NCBI GenBank assembly: GCA_031416075.1
Contig: JANOSY010000015.1
Location: 1-27,073, forward strand
Direction: 5' to 3'
DNA from: Candidatus Tenderia sp.
GTDB lineage: Bacteria > Pseudomonadota > Gammaproteobacteria > Tenderiales > Tenderiaceae
Length of the DNA: 27,073 bases
In this document: one piece after another, positions 8,633 to 15,985 of the stretch
Layout of the letters: each line of letters begins with the position of its first letter
Numbering within the stretch: position 1 is the stretch's first letter
Notes under the pieces: model-generated
The model's database searches: none
What the model was told of the DNA's origin: nothing
Seen by the model: only the letters and a program-made list of their open reading frames with translations
Translations under genes and position numbers: made by a program

Positions 8633-10351
8633 ATGGTACGTATACCCAAAATACTGGTGGGACGACGTAAGTGGTTGATGGCGCGGCTGGTGGCCAACGG
8701 CGTGGCCCAGGCGGGGGTGATGATCTTGACGGCGTGGCTGGTCAAGTTGATTTTTGATGGTTTTGTCTCCCCGGATACTACGCTCCCCGTCGATGTGGCG
8801 GCGTCACTGCCCTGGTATGGGGTGGGGTTGCTGGTGGCGGCTGTTGCCATTGCGTTACTCCGAATGTATGAACATGTGGAGGCGGAACGTATGGGGCAGG
8901 ACTATACCCATGAGGTACGTACCGGGCTGTTTAACCATATGAGCGCCGTCTCCATCCGCACGCTGCAGCGCCGTAGTCGCGGTGGTGTGATGTTACGTTT
9001 TATCGGTGACCTGACCGCCCTCAAGCAGTGGGTGAGTTTGGGGGTGGCTCGTTTGACGGTGGCGGGTGTGACCAGTGTTGTGACGTTGACCATATTGGCA
9101 TCGGTGAACGGTGTGTTGGCGCTGGTGGTCGGCTCTACCCTGGTGGCGGGCGGTGTGGCTGCGTATGTGATGGGCGGCTGGCTGCAGCGGGCGGTGCGTG
9201 AGGCGCGGCGGCGGCGGGTCTATCTGGCGGCCAATGTCAGTGAAAAGATCGCTTCATTGGCGGTGGTGCAGGCGTTTGGCCAGACTGAACGGGAGCAGCG
9301 TCGTGTCCGTCGCCAAAGTAATCGATTGATGTTGGCGATGGTGGGCAGGGCGCGGGCGATCGGCACCTTTCGCGGCATGGTGGAGGCGGTTGCAGCGGTG
9401 GCGAGTGGTGGTGCGCTGTTTGCCGGGGCGCTGCTGGTCTCCAGTGTATCGATCACGCCGGGCACTGTGGTGGCGGTGATGAGTATCGTCGGGTTGTTGA
9501 TGCCTGCGATGCGCGATTTGGGGCGGGTGCAGGAGTATTGGCACGGTGCGGTGGTATCACGGGAGAAGATCGATGACTTCCTGGCGATGCCGATGTTGGC
9601 GAGTGCCGCAACCGACGCCGCTGATTTGATGGTGGGGCCGGGGGCGGTGACATTTGAAAATATCCGTGTTGCAGGTTCGCTGAATAACTTTACCGCCACC
9701 GCTGCGGCGGGTGAGGTGATTGCGCTGGTGGGGCCAAACGGCGCGGGTAAATCGACGCTATTGGCGCTGTTGGCGCGGTTGATGGACCCTGACGCGGGGC
9801 GTGTCTGCATTGATGGGGCAGAGATCACGGGGGTCTCTATGGCGTCGTTGCGGCGGGCGGTGGGCATGGTGTCGCCGGATTTGCCGCTGTTGCGGGGGAC
9901 CATTGAGCGCAACCTTCGGTATCGCTGGCCAGCGGCCCCGGCTGAGGCGCTGAGTCAGGCCAGTGCGCTGTGTGGCATCGATGCCATGCTGGCTGACTTC
10001 TCTCTCGGTATAGAGACTCGCCTGACTGAGGATGGGGCCAATCTCTCACTGGGGCAGCGCCAACGTATCGGACTGGCGCGGGCCATTCTGGGGGAGCCAC
10101 GCCTACTGCTGCTGGATGAGGTGGATGCCAATCTTGATCCTGGTGCGGCGGCGGCGTTACGCCGGGTATTGGCCGATTACCGGGGCACAGTATTGCTGGT
10201 GACCCATCGTCTCGACTGGCTCAAGCTTGCTGATACTGTCTGGTATATCGAACAGGGGGTTCTGATCGAGAGTGGACCGCCCACGCAGTTGCTGGGGCGG
10301 GATGGCCCGACTTCACGACTGTTTCAGCGGCCAAGGCTGGTGGGCGAGTGA
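8633..10351 (+). CDS. Fused ABC exporter (TMD + NBD half-transporter)
   Basis: N-terminal TM segments, Walker A GPNGAGKS, signature LSLGQRQR, Walker B LLLLDE, H-loop VTH. ATG lies 1 nt after the upstream stop. Confidence 0.9.
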   Translation: MVRIPKILVGRRKWLMARLVANGVAQAGVMILTAWLVKLIFDGFVSPDTTLPVDVAASLPWYGVGLLVAAVAIALLRMYEHVEAERMGQDYTHEVRTGLFNHMSAVSIRTLQRRSRGGVMLRFIGDLTALKQWVSLGVARLTVAGVTSVVTLTILASVNGVLALVVGSTLVAGGVAAYVMGGWLQRAVREARRRRVYLAANVSEKIASLAVVQAFGQTEREQRRVRRQSNRLMLAMVGRARAIGTFRGMVEAVAAVASGGALFAGALLVSSVSITPGTVVAVMSIVGLLMPAMRDLGRVQEYWHGAVVSREKIDDFLAMPMLASAATDAADLMVGPGAVTFENIRVAGSLNNFTATAAAGEVIALVGPNGAGKSTLLALLARLMDPDAGRVCIDGAEITGVSMASLRRAVGMVSPDLPLLRGTIERNLRYRWPAAPAEALSQASALCGIDAMLADFSLGIETRLTEDGANLSLGQRQRIGLARAILGEPRLLLLDEVDANLDPGAAAALRRVLADYRGTVLLVTHRLDWLKLADTVWYIEQGVLIESGPPTQLLGRDGPTSRLFQRPRLVGE

Positions 10352-11244
10352 GGGGCGATATGAATATGCTCGGTGGTATGGGGTTAATAGATGATGTGAA
10401 CACCTTGTTGACTAACGGGGCTGTGTCAGGTCAGGTGGTTAAACGCCGACTGGGTTCTGACCCGTCGCAGCGTTACTACCTCTATGTGCCACATCACTGT
10501 GCGGTAGATGCGCCGCTGCTGGTATCGGTGCATGGTATTTCACGCAATGCCCGGAAACATATCCGCCGTTTTGTGGGGCTGGCTGAACGGTATGGCGTGG
10601 TGGTGGTAGCGCCCCTGTTTGAACAGGCGCGTTACCCTGACTATCAGCGATTAGGGTTGGTGGGTGAGCGTGCTGACCTGATGCTGAAAAAAATTGTTGC
10701 AGAAGTGGCGCGGTTGACGGCGGCCAACAGTCGCCAGCTCTACCTGTTTGGTTACTCGGGCGGTGGTCAGTTTGTGCACCGTTATGCGATGGCCTATCCG
10801 GCAGAGGTGGCGGCGGTCGCCATTGGCGCAGCAGGCTGGTACACCTTTCCCGATCCGGAGCGTCGTTTTCCCCATGGGTTGAGAGCCCATTCGCGGCTGC
10901 CTGATCTGGTTTTTAATCCGGAGGCATTTTTACGCATCCCCGTCTGTGTGCTGGTGGGCGAGGCGGATACGGTACGTGATGCGGCGCTCCGCCAGGGGGC
11001 GCGGATTGATCGTCGTCAGGGGTATAGCCGTTTTGAGCGTGGTCAGCGCTGGATTGAGGCGATGACCGCTGCGGCCCATCAGTACGGTTTGGCAACAGAG
11101 TTTCGTTTTGTGGCGCTCTCTGATGCGGACCACTCCTTTACCCGCAGTGTGCGCAGTGGTGGCATGGATGAGCAGCTGTTTTCTTATCTGTTTGGAAGCG
11201 CGCCAGAGGTAGTTGTACCCGGCTTTACGCTGCACATTGTGTAA
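10348..11244 (+). CDS. Alpha/beta-fold hydrolase (esterase-like)
   Basis: VHG oxyanion motif, nucleophile elbow GYSGGGQF, VGEAD and C-terminal DHSF. GTGA overlap with the ABC gene (alternative ATG 10360/10366). Confidence 0.85.
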   Translation: MRGDMNMLGGMGLIDDVNTLLTNGAVSGQVVKRRLGSDPSQRYYLYVPHHCAVDAPLLVSVHGISRNARKHIRRFVGLAERYGVVVVAPLFEQARYPDYQRLGLVGERADLMLKKIVAEVARLTAANSRQLYLFGYSGGGQFVHRYAMAYPAEVAAVAIGAAGWYTFPDPERRFPHGLRAHSRLPDLVFNPEAFLRIPVCVLVGEADTVRDAALRQGARIDRRQGYSRFERGQRWIEAMTAAAHQYGLATEFRFVALSDADHSFTRSVRSGGMDEQLFSYLFGSAPEVVVPGFTLHIV

Positions 11245-11272
11245 CCCCGCGGGAAGAGAGAAAGGGGTGTTG

Positions 11273-12445
11273 ATGAGGGTGTTTGCATGGAGTTTGAGTG
11301 CGCTGGGTCTGTTTCTGGTAGCACTTCCATGGAACAGTTTTGCCGCTGATTTTTCAGCCACCCTTGATGATGGTATTGGCTACCGTTCATCAAATGGCGC
11401 GTTTAGCCTGAATGTGGGTGGAAGGCTCCATCTTGATAGCGCCCATTTTATTGAGGATAAACGTTTGTTGGATGACCGTTCGATGGTGCGCCGGGCGCAG
11501 TTGGCGTTGCGTGCTGATCTCTACCAGACGTGGCGTTTGGGGGTTGATTATGACCTGACTGATGAGGTGCGCCGTTTCAGCCTGTTGTGGTTACGTTTTA
11601 GTGGGTTCGAAAAAGGGGCGATTGTTATGGGTCAGTTTCAGGAGCCATTTGGATTGGAGGAGTTAACCAGTTCGAACAGCGCCCCGTTTATGGAGCGCTC
11701 ACTGGCCAATACACTGATGCCAGGCGCTAACGTGGGCATAGCACTGCAGCAAAAAGGGCGTCGCTGGGGGGCGTCGGGCGGGCTGTTTTGGGATAAGTAT
11801 ATTGAGGACTCTGACCTGCTTTCCAGTGGTGATGGCAGGGGTGTCACACTGCGTGTGACGGCGGCACCGCTGAAGCGCAAAGGGGCGGTATTACATCTTG
11901 GCGTATCAGGCTCCTATCGTCAGCCGGATGAGCGTGGCCGGGTTCGTTTTCGGAGTCGACCAGAGTCGGCATTAACTGACTACCGTTTTGTGGATACCGG
12001 CTCAATCCGTAATGTGAATGGTTATTTGAGTCACGGTCTGGAGTTGGCGGCGGCAACCGGGCGTTTTATAGTTCAGGGAGAGTATGTCGCCACGACGTTG
12101 CGGCGTGAGCGCGGCCGGGATGATGAGACCTTTACGGGTGGGTATCTTGCCGCCAGCATGGTAGTGAGCGGCAAGCCGCGTCGATACTCCGTCGGCTCTG
12201 GTCTGTTTCGCGATGTCAGGCGAAAAAATGGCCAGGCTTGGGAAGTGGCGCTACGACGGAGTTTTATTGATCTTAATGGTAAAAACGTTCAGGGTGGCGA
12301 GCAGGCCAATACAACCTGGGGCGTGAACTGGTATCCGCATAACAATGTGCGGCTGCTATTTAATTACATCCAGGTGGATAGTGATGCGGTAGCGGGTGAT
12401 GATGACCCCGATATTGTTCAGTTACGGTTACAGCTAACACTCTGA
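11273..12445 (+). CDS. OprO/OprP-family (phosphate/anion-selective) porin
   Basis: Signal peptide MRVFAW...SFAA. Motifs GGRLHLD, VRRAQL, GQFQEPFGLEELTSS..FMERS, RFRSRPE, WEVALR.S.IDLN, GVNWYP..NVRLLFNY. Confidence 0.9.
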   Translation: MRVFAWSLSALGLFLVALPWNSFAADFSATLDDGIGYRSSNGAFSLNVGGRLHLDSAHFIEDKRLLDDRSMVRRAQLALRADLYQTWRLGVDYDLTDEVRRFSLLWLRFSGFEKGAIVMGQFQEPFGLEELTSSNSAPFMERSLANTLMPGANVGIALQQKGRRWGASGGLFWDKYIEDSDLLSSGDGRGVTLRVTAAPLKRKGAVLHLGVSGSYRQPDERGRVRFRSRPESALTDYRFVDTGSIRNVNGYLSHGLELAAATGRFIVQGEYVATTLRRERGRDDETFTGGYLAASMVVSGKPRRYSVGSGLFRDVRRKNGQAWEVALRRSFIDLNGKNVQGGEQANTTWGVNWYPHNNVRLLFNYIQVDSDAVAGDDDPDIVQLRLQLTL

Positions 12446-12452
12446 GGACGCG

Positions 12453-13130
12453 TTATTCAGCTTGGAGTTTATAACCAAAACCGCGCACGGTTTTAATGAG
12501 TGGTGTGGCGTGGCCGTCGTCAATCTTGCGGCGCAGGTTACGGATGTAGACCTCCACTACATTGGTGAGTGGGTCGGTATTGTGGCCCCAGACATTGTCG
12601 AGAATGCGGGCGCGGCTCATCACTTTGCCCGGCGTGGTCATGAAATACTCCAGTAGCGAATACTCTTTTGGGGTGAGCTCTATGGTACTGGTGCCGCGTT
12701 TAACCTCGTGGGTCTCGCGGTTGAGGGTCAGGTCACCAACGACCAGTTCAGTAATGCTCTCTTTATAACCGTCACTGCGTCGTAACAGCGCCTGAATTCG
12801 GGCGATCAATTCGCCAAAGGCAAAAGGTTTGGTCATGTAGTCGTCAGCGCCAATCTGCAACCCTTCGATTTTATCCTCCAGCGTGTCCATGGCGGTCAAC
12901 ATCAAAATGGGGGTGGTGATGCCCTGAAGGCGCAGTTGCTGACAGATCTCCATGCCGCTGATGTCCGGCAGCATCAGGTCCAGTATGATCAGCTCATAGC
13001 AGGGGGCGGTGGCGATGGCCATCCCTGCGGTACCGTTGTGGGCAACATCAGCCAGGTAACCCTCGGCTTCCAAACCGCGTCGCACAAACTCGACGATGCG
13101 GGCGTCATCTTCAATGATCAGTATCGCCAT
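12453..13130 (-). CDS. OmpR/PhoB-family response regulator (CusR/QseB-like)
   Basis: ILIIEDD, LIILDLMLP, GADDYMTKPF, LTPKEY.LL, TNVVEVYIRNLRRKID, IKTVRGFGY. Alternative TTG start at 13139. Confidence 0.95.
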   Translation of the reverse strand: MAILIIEDDARIVEFVRRGLEAEGYLADVAHNGTAGMAIATAPCYELIILDLMLPDISGMEICQQLRLQGITTPILMLTAMDTLEDKIEGLQIGADDYMTKPFAFGELIARIQALLRRSDGYKESITELVVGDLTLNRETHEVKRGTSTIELTPKEYSLLEYFMTTPGKVMSRARILDNVWGHNTDPLTNVVEVYIRNLRRKIDDGHATPLIKTVRGFGYKLQAE

Positions 13131-13135
13131 ATCAC

Positions 13136-14749
13136 TCAACTCGCTGTCTGTAGGGTAGTAGGGAGCACAACTGTAACAGTAGTGCCCTGTTGGTAGTGGC
13201 TGCTGAGGGTGATAGTACCCTGATGGGTATCAACAATCGATCGGGCCAGGCATAGCCCCAGTCCGGTGCCTGAAGGAACGGTACGACGGGCGTCGGCACC
13301 GCGGAAAAAACGTTCAAAGACGCTCTCCAGGTCATCTTTGGCAATGCCTATCCCCTGGTCCGCCACGGTGAGTCTGGCAAACCCCGAGTGTTCTGATAGA
13401 GCAATGGTGACGCTGCTGCCCTTTTTTTGGCTGTAGAGACAGGCGTTGTCGATCAAAATCAGTAACAACTGTCGCAGCCTCAGGGCATCACCCCGCACCG
13501 TGATGGGGGTCTCTGGAATCTCCAGAATGAGGCTCATCTGACGGGTCTGGGCCAAGGCATTGGCATCGCCGCAGATGCTGGTGACAAGTGTGTTGAGCGT
13601 CAGGTTACGCATATCAAAACGGATACTGGCCGTCTCTGTGCGCGCCAGGAAAAGCAGATCCTCTACCAGCTTTGCCAGCTGAGCTGACAGGTCAGTGATG
13701 CGTTGAAGGGCTGTTTGATACTCGCCACTACTTTTAGCGCTGCCCCGGAGTGTGACCTCAGCTTCGCCACGAATGGCGGTGAGTGGGGTGCGTAGTTCAT
13801 GGCTGATGTCGGCAAAAAAACGGCGCCGCGCCTCATCAAGGCGATGGAGTTTATCGTTGGCCTGCTGAAGCTCATGGGTACGTGCATCCACCCGCCGCTC
13901 TAGATCGGCTTGGGCATCGAGTAGTTGATTGCGTTGTTGCGACAGTTGTTCAGTCATCTGGTTAAAGTTTTTAGCCAAATAAGTAAACTCATTCCGCCCC
14001 GGCAATGTAATGTGGTGTGCCAAGTCGCCTTTGGCCACCTCTCTAACACCGGTGACTAGTAATTGTAAGGGTGTGCTGAGGTTGCGCCATAACAGCCAGC
14101 CCATCACCAGCGCAAAAAGGGTTGCCAGGCCAGCCATGATGATGGCCGCCTGGCGCGACTCCTTCATGAGTCGTTCGGCGTGCTCTGTCGCCTGCTCCGC
14201 TTCGTATAGCTCTTGAGCAATGGCCGTATCGATCATGGATTTAAACTGTTTATCAATTGTCTCTTCCAGAACGACTGTCAACATCTCACGGGCCGACTGT
14301 TCGGCACCGGTGTCACGTAATATTCGGACCTGCCCCAGCATCCAGGTTGCCTGTTCTAGAAGCAGCTCTACCTCATCCAGTTGTAACAACTCATTACGTT
14401 CGTTGTCATCGTCATCAGCGATGCTGACGGTCGATTCAATATGCTCAATCTCAGCAAGAACAGTGTTCCGTACCTGTTCAATGGTGGCAAACAGCTGCCG
14501 CTGGGTGCTCTGGGTATGGTCGTTAGTGGCGGTGATCTCCTGATTCAGGACCAGCACATCCATCAGCTCTTTAAAGTGGCGATACGCCTCGTGAGAGAGA
14601 TCAACGTAGGCCTGTGCGGCGGCATGGGCAAGTTGGCTTCGTTGGAAATGGTGTTCGGCGCGCTGCATGCCCCAATACAGCGTGGTGGCCAGGGCCAGTA
14701 CGATAATCAGTAAAACGGCGATGGCGATGGATAATTTGGCTCTGAACAT
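13136..14749 (-). CDS. Membrane sensor histidine kinase (periplasmic helical domain, HAMP, HisKA, HATPase)
   Basis: Two TMs, HAMP, H-box DISHELRTPL, N-box LIDNA, G1 DQGIGI, F-box FERFFR, G2 GTGLGL. Confidence 0.95.
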   Translation of the reverse strand: MFRAKLSIAIAVLLIIVLALATTLYWGMQRAEHHFQRSQLAHAAAQAYVDLSHEAYRHFKELMDVLVLNQEITATNDHTQSTQRQLFATIEQVRNTVLAEIEHIESTVSIADDDDNERNELLQLDEVELLLEQATWMLGQVRILRDTGAEQSAREMLTVVLEETIDKQFKSMIDTAIAQELYEAEQATEHAERLMKESRQAAIIMAGLATLFALVMGWLLWRNLSTPLQLLVTGVREVAKGDLAHHITLPGRNEFTYLAKNFNQMTEQLSQQRNQLLDAQADLERRVDARTHELQQANDKLHRLDEARRRFFADISHELRTPLTAIRGEAEVTLRGSAKSSGEYQTALQRITDLSAQLAKLVEDLLFLARTETASIRFDMRNLTLNTLVTSICGDANALAQTRQMSLILEIPETPITVRGDALRLRQLLLILIDNACLYSQKKGSSVTIALSEHSGFARLTVADQGIGIAKDDLESVFERFFRGADARRTVPSGTGLGLCLARSIVDTHQGTITLSSHYQQGTTVTVVLPTTLQTAS

Positions 14750-14768
14750 AGGATGATAATAGGTTCGT

Positions 14769-14809
14769 AAGTTAAAGGGTGAATGAATGAAAGATTAAAT
14801 AGAGATAAA
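14769..14809 (-). promoter_or_regulatory. Putative autoregulatory OmpR-family box plus -10 element for the kinase/regulator operon
   Basis: Minus strand reads TTTATCT-CTAT-TTAATCT-N17-TAACTT, about 20 bp upstream of the kinase ATG. Confidence 0.6.
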
Positions 14810-14942
14810 GAGAGGGGCAGGGAGTGATCTCTATTTATAGTAACCCCACCGGATTTACTGATTTTGTGCACCTCGGGCAGTGTGTTGAGGTGAGCTGTTC
14901 ATGGATCGAGCAGACGGTACCGCGCCTGACGTCGGCTCGAGT

Positions 14943-14961
14943 TAATCGGACCTACGAGCTC
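14943..14961 (-). repeat. Half REP of the same family as 385-420
   Basis: TAATCGGACCTACGAGCTC is the exact reverse complement of 379-397. Confidence 0.75.
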
Positions 14962-15023
14962 GGCGCTTCTGTATCGGTTTTGGCATTGACTGAGGGCCGC
15001 CAAGATTGTGCCGGGCTTCATTC

Positions 15024-15055
15024 GGCGCAATGCGCTTCGCTTATTGACGCCCTAC
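15024..15055 (-). repeat. GTAG-type REP palindrome (second family)
   Basis: Reverse complement is GTAGGGCGTCAATAAGCGAAGCGCATTGCGCC, a GTAG foot plus imperfect hairpin. Confidence 0.75.
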
Positions 15056-15102
15056 TCAGTGCGCCTTACGAGTTGCCAGAAAGAGAATTAACCAGGAGGA
15101 AG

Positions 15103-15142
15103 CAAAAACAAGAAAACCCCTGTCTTCCGGGGGGCTTTCTTG
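15103..15142 (-). terminator. Probable intrinsic terminator of the PRC-barrel gene
   Basis: On the minus strand a CAAGAAAGCCCC...GGGGTTTTCTTG hairpin is followed by TTTTT. Confidence 0.6.
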
Positions 15143-15211
15143 AAGGGGAGTACGCTGTCAGGCAGCAAGCGCTACTTTACATCCTCGCCTGACAGCTTAT
15201 CTGAAAAGTGG

Positions 15212-15580
15212 CTATTCCCAATACGGTGAACGGTCGTAGTACTTAGATACGTCGCGGTTCCACTTTTCATCAGACATCGAAGGCCAATGATCCGAGTCGA
15301 ACCCAGGTGCCGCCTCCAATTTTTCCTTGGAAATATCGAGAACATATTCGTTTTTGGTTACGTCGTACTCGAACGCGCTGAACGGGATTGCGAATAGCTT
15401 TTCCCCCATGCCGAGGAAGCCGCCAAACGAGACGACAGCATATGCAACCTTGCCGGTATGGGGGTCGATGACGACTTCCTTGATGTCTCCAAGATTGTCG
15501 CCTTTTGGATTAACCACGTCCGTGCCGATGATGCTCGACGCTTTTACAGGCGAATTTGAAAACTCATGCAATTGATTCAT
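15212..15580 (-). CDS. PRC-barrel domain protein
   Basis: KASSIIGTDVVN..GDNLGDIKEVVID..TGKVAYAVVSFGGFLGMGEKLFAIPF and LEAAPGFD..WP. AGGAG RBS. Confidence 0.93.
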   Translation of the reverse strand: MNQLHEFSNSPVKASSIIGTDVVNPKGDNLGDIKEVVIDPHTGKVAYAVVSFGGFLGMGEKLFAIPFSAFEYDVTKNEYVLDISKEKLEAAPGFDSDHWPSMSDEKWNRDVSKYYDRSPYWE

Positions 15581-15822
15581 TTTAGTGCTCCTGTTGTAGG
15601 TGGGATGGAAACAGGAATTCAGCGATGGATGATCATGCTCGAAGGTTGAAAAACAACTCGGAGAAGTTCATACGATGAATTCCAGCGAACAGTTTGGGTG
15701 CAAAGTTATGCAAGCACAGTGCGGTAGCACACATAAATGCACCGCAAATAGATCGTGTTCAACAAAAGGCGGTTTTCTGAAAACGATAATGGTTCCATAG
15801 CGATCTTTGTCGGGTCAGCCAT

Positions 15823-15968
15823 GTAGGGTGCATTCCATGCACTATTAATTGCGAATTGCGAATTGCGTATCTTCTAGGTTCGCAGTGTGCTCTGTGCATG
15901 TACCCTTTTCAACAGCCCGCGTGCGCACAGCGCAGAGCCTGCCCCGCGAAGCGCTTTGGGCACCCTAC
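15823..15968. repeat. Inverted pair of GTAGGGTGC-type REPs (REPIN-like, third family)
   Basis: GTAGGGTGCATTCCATGCAC (15823-15842) faces CGTGCGCACAGCGCA...GCACCCTAC (15920-15968). (AATTGCG)x3 lies between them at 15847-15867. Confidence 0.7.
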
Positions 15969-15985
15969 AAAAAACCAACATTCCC

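Noticed and set aside
14824-15192. 122-aa + strand ORF
   Set aside because: Runs through REPs and terminator hairpins and has no protein-like motifs.
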